Assembly: GCA_002633005.1 (NCBI GenBank)
Contig: NMRA01000037.1
Coordinates: 791,311 to 855,310, forward strand
DNA from: Phoronis australis
Lineage: Eukaryota; Animalia; Phoronida
Length of the DNA stretch: 64,000 nucleotides
Reading direction: 5' to 3'
The translations under genes and the position numbers were made by a program. The notes under the pieces were generated by a model. That model had not been told where the DNA came from. It worked only from the letters and a program-made list of their open reading frames with translations, and searched no databases. Below are positions 1 through 12,087 of the stretch, one piece after another; position 1 is the stretch's first letter, and every line of letters begins with the position of its first letter.

Positions 1-3000
1 CATTTAGACGATGCATGTCATTACGTCATTACATATCTGACGAAAACGATACCTTTTACCGTCTATTTGCTTAGGACCGCTGTGCCTACCTATATTACCT
101 ACTGAGTTTCTTGTGGTAATATACAACTACACGTGTATTCTCCGACCAATGTATATTGTATAACTGAATCCCATCTTCTGAAGTAATTAAAGACATATTC
201 CCTCCAGACCGAGCCGACGCTAATTAATTTTGCTATAACAATAAACAGTTCGTTCTCCCAATTATTTGTCACTCAATGCCGGGGCTTATAAATACCTACC
301 AATGTATCGATGGGGAAAATTTGGGCTCCATATCACATCCCATACAATTTTATCCATTGACCAATTTTTATAACAACTTTTACGTTCATGCCTAAAACAT
401 TTGGAGTTGTTCAATTGCCTCGTGCAATTATTTCCATTCGTTAACTTGGTGACATGACAAGAGATACAAGAATTAACTATATTTTAAATTTAAACGTTTT
501 ATAAAAATTATAACAGTAAATGGAAAAATGAATTACATTTCATTTGTGAAAATTACTACTTTTCTCGCGTGGAAATTACTGTTCTGTGTTTCTCGTTGTC
601 ACGTGTTAATTATAATTAAGTTATCGGGATTTTCGTAGATGAGCCCACCCGATGAAACGCGTTTATTTGGTGTTACAACTTTGATGTCAAGTGCCGGAAA
701 TTTTCCTCTTGTCACAAATTCAGTTTTGTGGAGCATTTATCATTTATAAAAACGAGCAGTGTTGGTGAACTATGCATTTACTAACATAAAACTTTAACAC
801 ACAACTTTAAGTAAAAAATTTCAGTCAGGAAACCTCTCTAGGCCTACGCGTATTCAGTCTATGTCAATGTCTTCATCCAGCTCCCTCTGACATTTGCGTA
901 GCCAAAACTATGACTTTCCGTTTACACGTCCCCTTTTCCGAATATTTGGTGTTACTAAAACATCTGAAAATTTTCATTTTCCGAGTACACGCCCATGGCC
1001 TTATCTACGGAAAATCCCGGTACTAAATTTCTTCATTTCAAATGCTCTAAAGTTGTAGAACTTAAAATAAAAATGCGCCTGCTCCATGCTAATATTGTTC
1101 TTTTTGCACAACTGACATAACAATTGTCGACCTTGATTATTCAGAACAACAATTTACGTACTTCCAACACTTTCATCGAAATCCGATTTCTGAGTCCCGA
1201 GCGATTCTCTGGCATCAAGTACGCGCAAAGATGTCGCTGACTCAGTACCCAGTCATCTTCGTAGTGTAGCATTCCTTCCGGACTTGCAACTCGTGTTTAG
1301 CTAATTAAAAACGGGGTTACAAGGTTCAAAGCCTTTGTTGTCTTTTCCTTTGATAAATTTATATTGGTCGTCATCGTGGGGCACAAAGACGCGTGAGTCT
1401 TGGAAGATAGATGCGTGTTAAATGGCTTTTAGCGGTGTTGAAGTCAGCGCCATGATTTGGCTTTGATAATCTGCTTAATCGTTCTTCATCATATTTTTAA
1501 CGAGAGGCATTTTATTGCAGCATACATGAAAAAATAGTGTTGTTGTCACTAATTGAAACATCATTACCTTTGTTGTAAAATTATCTCATTGAATATAACG
1601 TTCAATTCTTCATCTATCTTTTTGCATGTCCGTCAAAATAAAAATATAAACATGACAAAGAACTATCAAATAAAATTACTGTTCGCTGTAGGCAGGCAGA
1701 TCACAGTGAAAATCCTCTGACTGCTAGCGAATCACTCTAACACTTTTAGCCTAGCCAATGGTTTGTTATTATTTGTCAAGTCGTAGACAAGCGTGTCTAT
1801 GTTGAAAGTATGAGCTGCAGTTTAGATTTCTCAGTCTCTCGTCGCGTGTGCTACATATCGATGCATGATACCTCCGAAACAAGATTGTTAATACGTCAAC
1901 TAATATTTTATAAAAAACAAAAAGCCATGTTCCCCTAATTGAGTTGACGACAAAGATGCTATCTGATTCGTAATAGACCGTGTTGAGACCTAATTGCACG
2001 ATCGGTTACATTATGAGTCTAATCCAATTCAGTTTTAATTTGTTACAAGGGGCGGCTGATCGTGTTGTCGAGTATGTTAGATGTAATTGTTGGCTTCTCT
2101 TGAAACTTGACGCCAAATTCTTTTCAAATATCCTCAGGGGAAATAATTAGCCTTCAATGTTCCTATATGGGTGGCTTTGTGACGGACCTGTGGCAATTTT
2201 TAATTTGGTTTTTGCACTCAACAAAAACTACATTGTTTACAACACCTGTGACGATGTCATGTAAACAAATCACCCCGTGTGTAACAGAGGTTTTATAACG
2301 GTAACGCGTAGGCGAGCTATCTAGTTTTTAGTTTCGAACGTCACTGTGAGACTGAGCCAAGCATTCAGACTCTGCTCTATGAAGATAAGGGTCCAACGCT
2401 AGGATCAGATATCTGGAAACATCCTAATGTATGTAGATATATTTTATTTCTCACGACAACAGAACGAGAAACGCCGAAGCAGGAAGAACGTCAACGTGTA
2501 AATCGCGAAACAATTAACCTGTTTAAACTTTTTTGGCTTTCCAACGTAGACCGGTTCTAAGTGATTAAAATTGATTCCATCTTAAAAAACAGCACTGCAC
2601 AGTTCGTCGGAACGTACCAATTTAATTGGACCCAGTCGTCCATCGTAAGACATTATTTATTTGAGACACTCAGAAGGACGTGTTCAGTCTTTTCCAAGTT
2701 TTTTGCTTTCATTTTAGTAGAATTATCGTTAAACGAACTTTTTATGCAAAACTACATAAGTACCTTATGATGCGTTCAACGTGACGTCATTTTCTTTAAT
2801 TAAACAGCATTTACTGTAACTTTGTGAAGTTTGATTTTTTAATTTCTTGTGGTGTACCTCAAAGTGGTCATAGACACTAGGTTTCGCATATGCTGCTACT
2901 TGTTACCATGGAGATCTTTAGATTTCATTTTTTGTTAACTTTGAAGAATTGGTAACAAAAATGCAAATGCAAACACTATTAAACGAAATGATTATGTGCT

Positions 3001-6000
3001 ATTGTTGTCTGACAACTGATGAAACCCATTCGGTCCTCCAGATTGGTGGAAACAGCAGAAAATGTATCTTAAAGGTGTCGGACACTGAGTTTGGAAAATA
3101 AGATGACTAAAATTCAATTTGATTTTTTTTTTCGTATATTCAAAGCTGCGATTTCTTAAATTTTTAACAAATTGGGGTCCCCAAAAAATCCCATCTGCAG
3201 TTATTATTAGATCATGCAATGACACGAAGATTTTGGGATTTTTGTACACGTATCAAAAATCATCATTCGATTCGATATGTAAAAGACACACAATCGGTTC
3301 GATTTGAATTTTACCCAGGGTCCATCAACTTTAACGTGGACTCCAGAAAGACGCAAATGGCGAGTGTCTATATATTGATCATGAGTAGTAAGACAGTTTT
3401 ATTAGTAATCCAAAGCAATGCACTTCGGGAATTCCCAAATCTTACACACGTTTGATAATTGGAGTCATTATCAAATAATATGTAAAGATTGCTCTCCCGA
3501 TTCATCGGTGAATAGCTCGTTTGTCAATCACCTAAACACTTTAAATTATTTCCCCCATCAAACGCTAATCAAAACCTAATCGCTGCTATTGATTTAACGA
3601 GGCCATGATGGATGGCCGTCACAGAGCCTGGACTCTGGTTTCTCCTTATGGTTTTTCTCATGTGGTTCAGACTGCCTCGGGGTAACGGCTGATTAACAGG
3701 CCTGGATTACGTAACCTCTCTCAGTCAGAGATTTCACGTTTCGTTGGGGATTTGCGTTGGCACCTCTCATCTGGCCGAGGAGATAGAAATGACTATCAGC
3801 CAAGCTTTCTAATTGTGGGCCATGGGAAAATGGAGTGGCGGAAATCACTTCCCGCATTTTTACGACAGATAGTTCCCTAATGGCTTGTTTGATTGACGTG
3901 TTGGTTTGAGTGTGTTATCGTCAGGCAGCAGCATTTAGTGACTTTTAGGCGGATGGGAACATAAACGTTGACGTAAACAGTACAAGTCAACATGTAAATA
4001 GCGAACGAAGTATGTTAAAACCAAATACACTATCACTATATTGACAAGTGTGTTTAAATGTACAAGACTGGTCTATTTCCTTCGAGCTGTGTTAAGACAG
4101 ACAGAACCCTCAACCTTTTAAAGTTTTCAAAATAGCCAGAGACAGTAATGGTTTGTTTCCACAAATGCCAACGAAACTCGCTGTGTTAGGAAATCAAACA
4201 TTTCGCCGAGGTCTCAGCTTTCCTCTCAAAGACCGAACAAATAGTCGGTGCTAGCCATGTGGCGGTCCTGCTGGCTTTATATTACAACCAATTAAAATTA
4301 CGAGACGCTTCATGCAGAAAACTATTCCGAGTACATCTATTGAGTTTCGGCTCTAATGGGATGTTTCATCGCCAGCTTTATCACGTTGGTCAGAAATTAG
4401 ACATCTTCTTTCATAAATATAGAGTGGTTGTTTTTCATAAAAATGATCAAACTTTTCTGGCAAAAAAATTCTTCTCATTCTTCAAATTCTTTGGTTTTCA
4501 ACTTTAAGCTTCGAGTAAAGATTCAAAATTATGTCGAAGAATGATCCACTCGAATGGTTATAATAGTTCGTAATTATAATTTCAAACTGACCATTGATTG
4601 CTATTCTAATCATATTCGCACACGCTATAGCAGCAAGTGCTGCGCTGCGCATGCCATAAATAACAGACAATTTGTTGACATGTGCAGGCCGCTTTGTTGA
4701 ACTAACACCTCAATCACTAACCATGTTCGTTGACATATTAGTAACCAGAGCATGATAAATCGTTTCCGGTGGCCATTTTGGAAATGCGCCTGGGTTCCTG
4801 TTACCTGTTATGATCGACGTCCTTTTGGCTACAAAATCAACACAGAGAACAGGTTTTTGTTCGGAAGCGTTGTAACTTTAAAATGTCACAAATCCGGTTT
4901 TTGTTGTAGAATATCTTTGTTGACGCATGAATAATATTTTCGAACTCTAAAGCGTGACAGTGAATTATATTGAAAAAACTCTTAGAAAAAGAAGACTTGA
5001 GCGATAGCTCAAATGCAAATTATGCAAACATAGAAGAATGCCAGTTGTGTTACGTCATTTTTCTACTGTGGCACAAAATCATGTTTTTTTGCTCTGAACA
5101 ATTGAATCGGATCACTAACGTTCAGTGTTATTTTAGCACACTTTCCTTTGCAAATAGTTTCAAAGATGAAAGCCTTTGACATTTTAACAAGTTTTAGTTG
5201 CTCTGCGTGGGTAGTCGACCTAACATCAACACTCGTATCTGAAATAAAGCTGTCAGCCAATATTCTTGAAGCAAACAAATCTTACGTGACGTTTATTCTA
5301 AGCCCCTAGAGCAGGGAAAAGTGAGTTCTGTGGCTGTTGTCGCCCGAAGTGAAACTTGCAATCATAAAATCATCAAACGTGTAAATAAGTTGTCAGAGGT
5401 TTTGTGCGGTTTGGAAATATGTCGAGCACATGTCCTCAGCCAGCCGTGTGTCTGACTAGGAGGACGGGCTACGGCATTGATTTGGTCCATCTGGAGGGAT
5501 CGCTTACACTTTGTTTAGACAAAAAATACCGGCGTTTATTTTCAATTTTGAAGGAAAACACTAGCTAGCCTTTGATTGGATGTCGTTGATGAAATAAAGA
5601 CCTTCTCGACTATAGCGGGTAACAAAGTGTGAACGCGCTATGGCTGAAACGGTCTACACATGGTGTCGATGTGATTTTTAGTATCAATCCCATAAAATTA
5701 GGTCAGATGGTAATTAATGATCATCACAACATTTAATTACGTTTGAGTCTACTTAATTATCGGCCATAATCAAGGTGAATAGAATTTTGATTGAAGTGTG
5801 AATGAAAAATGCAGGGTATACGAAGTTAATTAAGTTTCCTCTGGTTGACAAACTGGGGAGGACAGTGCTTTAAAACTTGCTTCTCTCGTTTGGCGGAAGC
5901 CTTTTAGATTTTTTAGCTAAAATTTCCCTTCATTTCATCCTTGGCGTAATTTTCGAACTCTCTTGTTTAGCTTTCATTGTAGGAATAACAATAGAAATGT

Positions 6001-7433
6001 GAAAATGAAAATTGTGAAAAAGTGACTGTACTTTTTGGAGATAAATCTCTCATTTTGTGTGAACATTACACGTAGTCATGAAGTTTTACTTTTGTTTATA
6101 ACCCTTGGACTATACAGTGTAAATACTAAATAATTTTTTCTTTGCAAAAACGTTCAGTGATTCCTTTTGCCTTCATGCAAATGTGCAAACTTGTTGAGAT
6201 CTGAATTTGCGTGATTCCGTTTTTGCCACTCTTAAAATTAACATGTGAACCAAAGATGAAATTTCACTAAAATCAGATGTGGCGTTTTAGAGCGCTCGAA
6301 CTTGCCAATTAAAACTGAGTTTGGCTGAAGCGGAAAATTGGAGAACCGCTCGACTATGTTCGCGACACAAAACGTCAAAACTTAAAGCTGTCACTTGTGA
6401 ATTGAATATTGAAAAGCGTGTGAATGAATTAGTGTTTGCAGTATATACTCTACTGATGTCAGTGCGTAATTAAATGTTCCTCATTTTCACCAGTCTTTTA
6501 GTGACACTTCCGGTCGAAAGGTTGTTGCATGTCGTTCAGAATAAATTGAAGATTTTTGAACCCACACCGTTGCGTTTCAAACACTTTTCAAATGTTGTCG
6601 GCTTCGTCGTACTTGATAGTAGTTTTCGGATGTATTTTTGTATCATTAATTCTGTTTCTATGATTTAAAGAATATTCTTGTCAAAAGTGCCGAGTTAGTT
6701 ATGTCTCGATTTCATGTCAGCATATGACGTCAAGCGAATGTCACAAGGGCAGATTTTCATTTCCGGTGTTTTAGTGGAAGTGCTAAAGTACGTGATTCAC
6801 ATCTAGCACAAAATTTTTATCTGCAGAATTCCTTTTTGTAGATGCGCTACTATGTTCTACATTCATGAATCATTCAATAATGAATGCAAATGTTGACGAG
6901 TTGTCATTACTGTATTTGATTTTTATTTCATGAACAGAAAATATTCTTGTTTACCTGGCAAACAGGTGTGACGATCGGTGTGATAAAGTGAGCCCGCCAA
7001 ATTTCGAAAACGTTCCACCAATCTATTAGTTCGACATTTATTTAACCTCGGCGAACCGATTAGCAACTATGGCTGACAAGAGGCAGCCTGTGTACTACAC
7101 TACTAATCACGTTGAATTGTAGTAAAAACACACTTATACCTAATTCCTGGTAATTAAATCTAAACAAAACCAGTGATTCGATAAGACGTGATACTGTTTG
7201 CTGTTATTGTTCCATTTTCAGCCCGTGGTTTATTCTTTGCGATTTCCAATGATTTTTGGCTTTGTGTACACTCGAACTGCTTTATAGAGTTTGGTGAATC
7301 TGATCGATTCACCGCTGTTGCCACTCATTTCAGATATGACTTGAGTTTTTTACTCTCTCTATGGCCAGTTTCAAGTTGTTGACTGTCTGTATACAGTTAT
7401 GGAGATTGACATGTAGTTTCTATCTCGCTTTAG

Positions 7434-7565
7434 GTTTGGTTCCAAAATCGTCGCGCAAAATGGAGAAAGCGCGAAAGATACGGACAGTTACAAAGCATGC
7501 GGGCCATGGCTACCTCACCTGGATATGAAATGCCCATTGCACCTCGACCTGATGCATATTCTCAA
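7434..7565 (+). CDS. Alx: Alx-type homeobox gene, penultimate exon (homeodomain helix 3 plus C-terminal flank)
   Basis: Acceptor ctcgctttag|GTT, donor CAA|gtgagt. Translates VWFQNRRAKWRKRERYGQLQSMRAMATSPGYEMPIAPRPDAYSQ. It has Q50, an intron just before VWFQN (typical of PRD class), and a KRERYGQ...Y.....PR.D.Y.Q flank as in Alx proteins. Confidence 0.92.
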
Positions 7566-8718
7566 GTGAGTCTTATGAAACCAGTGAAATGAAAACATAA
7601 TTATAACAAAAATAAAGGGTACAGGAAAGCGGTGGAAGATATCTGATTGATTTAATATTAGCAATACTGCACGCCTGTCACGAACAAAACATTTTTGTAA
7701 TTTACTTAAAGCTGTAATGATGAATCTTGAGTTAGGCCTTTTCCTTAAGTAAAATTGGACTCATGATGTTCCTTAGTACGCTATTTCCGTCCCCAACTCA
7801 AGACGCAGGCGATACATACATGCGCCATTTTCGAATTCGCAATTTAAGGGTTGTCCAACCCCAATAGACTCTGAAGCGTGTTCTTGAGTATCTGGTGGTT
7901 TCTATTTCCTTGTTGTTGGACTACTATACCGGTAATGTCTATTGTGAGACTTAGAGTAAAAGGCCCTATTCGAATTTTATTTTTAGCTAGATAACAGGCC
8001 GAAATGCAGCTTTAAAAAAGTCGCGTAAAAACATGACAATTCCCATTTCAACGAAAAAAATCTCTGACTCGTGTTCTCTCAGCAGGTGTCCCTTGGCGTT
8101 TCTTTTCGTTAATCAAAACAAGAATAGGAAGATCTTGAACATTTTTTAAAGAGTCTGTTCGCTTTTTTCCGCCGGATGCACATTACGCCCCAACACTGGT
8201 CTTCATTACGCTGTGTCGGCGGCCATCTTTTACGAAATAGTTCAAATATACCCCGCCTACTTTGAATACCTAGTCAGTCTGTCTACAATATATTGTATTT
8301 TAGTCACCACCGCTCTATGCAAAAGTCTCATTTTTTGAAAAAAAAACTTTTTGTTTGCGTGTTGCATCGGAGACATCGAAAACTTTCGGCTATAAAACCA
8401 TTGGCATTGTGTTTAAAATTGTCACCCCAAAACTGTATCTCACTGGTTGACTTTTTATATTCCATCCCCTAGCGATATCTATTTCATTGACTTGACATTC
8501 AATTACGAGATGCCAACTTTTCGAAAACAATTCCAAGGAAACAGTGTGCGCAAGTGTCCGACAAGGACAAAAACTCTCTCAAAAAATGCATTTCGTCACC
8601 ATGGGAACAGGGTTTGGCAACTAATTAAAAGTAAGGAGTAGACGTGTGTCATTCAGTGGTTGACAATCTACAGCGTGCTACGACAGTTTGAATATTTATT
8701 TTCATTTATTTTTTTCAG

Positions 8719-9078
8719 CAAATGCAGAACATGGCTTGGTCGAACGGAAATCCGATGAATCAACAGTATAATATGAATATGAACATGAATATGACGTCAT
8801 CATCATGCATGTCGCCGCACACCAATATGCCTAATTTTATGGGATTAACACACGTCAGCCAACTGAATAATCCCTTGAACAGCCCTCTGAATGGACTCGC
8901 TGGCGGACAACCACCAATGGGAATGGGTATGGGTGGTAACATGACCAACCAGGGAATGGACCATATTGGCGAGACGGGGGAAAGAAGGTCAAATAGTATA
9001 GCATCGCTTAGGTTGAAGGCTCGGGAACATAGCGCTAATTTCGGCAACGTTGGGCTATTCAGCGCGTACGCCAAATGA
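8719..9078 (+). CDS. Alx: Alx-type homeobox gene, last exon with OAR (aristaless) motif
   Basis: Strong acceptor ttttttttcag|CAA ATG CAG in phase 0, matching the previous exon. Translates QMQNMAW...RRSNSIASLRLKAREHS...AYAK*; SIASLRLKAREH is a canonical OAR motif. Confidence 0.93.
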   Translation, partial: QMQNMAWSNGNPMNQQYNMNMNMNMTSSSCMSPHTNMPNFMGLTHVSQLNNPLNSPLNGLAGGQPPMGMGMGGNMTNQGMDHIGETGERRSNSIASLRLKAREHSANFGNVGLFSAYAK

Positions 9079-10950
9079 CTAGAGGATCCCTGTGCATCGA
9101 CGGATTGTGTGTAACGTAGTCATTACAATTAACATTAATGTTCCCAAGCTTATACAACCTTGCGAATACTGTACTGGAATGGACAGGGAGAGTTTATGTC
9201 TCATTTGACCTGCGTGTGTTAAATCCACAAAATAACACTATTGATACCTGAAATGTACGGCGTCTATTACGGCCAGTGTCGGTGAGGCCACGCAAGTCTT
9301 GTGATGGCGGCAAGAACCTTCTGAAGGTGTTCCTCTCCAAATCTGTCGAGATACGGAAACCGGAGACCGTGACGCGAAATGTCTTTCAAACAGTTGGGGA
9401 ATCCGTAAGTGCTTACACGGTAAAACATGTAAACAATTCGTATGTCGGCCTCGGAGTTTTCTCAGGGATGACAGGAGAAACGGAGACCGCGGACAGACAA
9501 GATAACGTAAACAAACATAGCGGCGGCATTCTAGTCAGACAGAGTTTCGTATTTTATAACCTCGTGCACCACGTCTTTACTAAGTGTTTCGAGGTTGCGT
9601 GTGAGTACACAAACGCTTTAGTGAACATGGTTTCTGCCGCCGCTATTTCGCTTGGTACTATTAACACTGATTACTGAGATGTGCATGAATTGTACGTTCC
9701 AAGCTTTGAATTGAAATAGGGAATTTACAAGGAGTGTTATGTGAGGAAAATATTTTTGTACAAAAGTTTTGAAATGCGCACATGCACCTTAGCACTGTAT
9801 TTGACGAAGCTATTCTTTGTGGAGAATTATTTTAATTAAATTTATTATCCCCAATTTATCTGAAACTGAAATGTGAGTTATCATTTTTATGAAAATTTGT
9901 TTAGCGTCCAGTGGGGTTATGATATTCTTGTGACTTGAAAATGAATGCATCAAAACAAAACTGCATGAATGTTTGTCTTAGGAAATTATGTAAGATTTGG
10001 TAAGAAATTTCAATTTGATGAATCATCAAATAATAGCTAATCTGAAAGCATTTTTACGAAAACGGTTGGCGATTTTCATTTTGTTTACAAAATCAGGAGA
10101 TTGCGGGATTGTCGTAAGATGTTTTGTAATCCGATAATGGATTCGTCTTCTACAGCAAAATGCAGAGATTTTAAGATCAGATTTTGTAAACTACCACTGC
10201 GACATGTGCTAAACTTGGTTTATAGGAGATTATACGATGACGCAAGTCTAAATTATGCTTCCACAGCACCGTAGGTGACATTTCTATCTCTACTGTTACT
10301 AAGCAACAGAATTGTCTTTTTTCATTTTGGTTCGTTATCTTCTTAGTTGCACATACACACGCGCGCATCCAGCCTAAAAAATGTGGGGGCTCGAATTTTG
10401 AGTATGTGGACGTTTTACTAAGATTCACGGGGTACGTTCAGAGCTATGGATTGTGCATTCGCCAAATTTTGGTAGTTCCTGCCTTTTTAGTGGACTTTTG
10501 TCTCGTTTTCTACTTTTTTCGGAGCTTTTGTTTCTAGGAGGAGGATCTTTTTGCCTACTTCGCCAAACGAGGGGACTCGTTCGAGCCCTCCCCCCGCCCC
10601 TGCCTGCGCGCGCATGATACACCGAACAGGTTACAGTGCTAAATGTATTTCTGAGCGCACTCATCCCTCCGTTGCACAAATCAAACGCACAACTGGAATA
10701 CTTGACAACTGCCTATAGAATTTTAAATGATATCGAGTGTTCTTCGCTTGAGAGGATTTGTTGACATCATTTTTGAAATATATTAATTTTGTAAGAGATC
10801 TTTACAAGAATCCGTCATAGTTCATTTCGCAAAATTAAGGAAAACAGCGCTCAGCGGAATTTTGAAAAGACGGCAACAAATTTGTGAATCTAGTGTATAT
10901 TTGTATATTACTAACTGTTAGGCAGGCTTTATTATAGTTTAATATTTGTA

Positions 10951-10992
10951 AATAAAGAAAAAATATTCATTAAAGTGAGTTTTGTGTTTTCT
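10951..10992 (+). terminator. Probable polyadenylation signal of the Alx gene (3' UTR about 1.9 kb)
   Basis: AATAAA at 10951 and ATTAAA at 10969, preceded by TGTA motifs and followed by a GT/T-rich tract (gtgagttttgtgtttt). Confidence 0.5.
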
Positions 10993-11631
10993 CTTGGCAA
11001 CCTAAATATATTTTCCCTTCTTCATAAAAGTAAAAGGTGCTATTCCATTGTTAAAAATCCTTCCTATGAACTTTCTCCAGATTTTACCAAAAGTGTTGGA
11101 AAGCTCAACAAACATCCCGCGTCTCTCTCAACAGTTTTAGTTTTGTAAAAATCTAAACAAATGTTTCTCACACCCATCTTTGTCGGATTCCTAAAACTCT
11201 ACGTTTTGTTTTCCCCACCTTCCACGCACGATATCTGGGGCAACATACAACTACTTTTGAGTACAATGTGGTTCCCATTAGGCAAGTCTGTGAGAAAGTT
11301 TCTCACAGGAGTTCCGACATGTTTAGATTACGATTGCTACTTTCATCCCGCCAGCAAACCCGTCATGTCCAACGGAGAAAGTGTGACCGCTGCGTCCGAA
11401 ACGTCTTGATACCACGATCCACCCTGTTCACGTGCTGGGTTAGAATATATACCAGACGCTCACACAAGAAACATAAATTTATGGCGAATTAAAAACGCGA
11501 GCATTGTTGCTTTGCAAATACGCAATATCTACGCACCTCCATCAGAATACATACAAATACATTACGCAGAGAAAACGCTCCATTTCAGATTGTAATATAA
11601 TTTAACCATAAGGGGAGGAGGGGAATCAACA

Positions 11632-12087
11632 ATTGGTCAGACTTCAAAACAACTTGTCCGGCCTTCAAACCAGTCGACTGGACTGCAACACCAAATTCAT
11701 GGGCGGCGCAGCACTGAAATAAGTGGAAAGCTATAGCCCTTTCAGCCTCCTATGGTGCGCCGCCCATGCAAATGACAGGGATCAAACGTGTTGTCCGTAC
11801 TTCAAAATGCGATGGTCTCACCCAAAAACTAGTGGGCTGGACCCAAAACACGATGGTCGGTACGTACTATAATCGATTGGCCGGTGATTTGTTAGCCCAT
11901 TGTGTTTGAGCACTGACCAAGCGTTTTAGGTCCGGCAACTAGTTTTTGGGTGCGGCCATCTGGTATTGAGGTATCGGGCATCGCGTTTTGAGGTCCGACC
12001 ACCAAGTTAGATCCCCGGCCATTGGGTTTTGCAGTCCAGCCAGCTGGTTTTGAAGTCTGGGTTAGTGGTTTTGAAGTCCGACCAATG
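11632..12087. mobile_element. Degenerate foldback/MITE-like long inverted repeat made of ~21-bp subunits (ggacYtcaaaac...)
   Basis: The left arm (~11632-11860) aligns with the reverse complement of the right arm (~11895-12087), e.g. ttggtcagacttcaaaac vs gttttgaagtccgaccaa and cacccaaaaactagt vs actagtttttgggtg. Confidence 0.7.
11698..11768. mobile_element. 71-bp mini-MITE nested in the left arm of the foldback element
   Basis: Perfect 13-bp TIRs catgggcggcgca / tgcgccgcccatg. Flanks caaatt / caaatg are a 5/6 TSD match. It is absent from the matching position of the right arm. Confidence 0.7.

Noticed and set aside
8070-8115. Cryptic acceptor (ttctctcagcag) in the last Alx intron as an extra exon
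   Set aside because: The phase-0 frame reaches TAA within about 9 codons and no good donor precedes it.
8760-9074. Antisense 104-aa ORF over the Alx last exon
   Set aside because: It is a shadow of the real coding exon and has no independent features.
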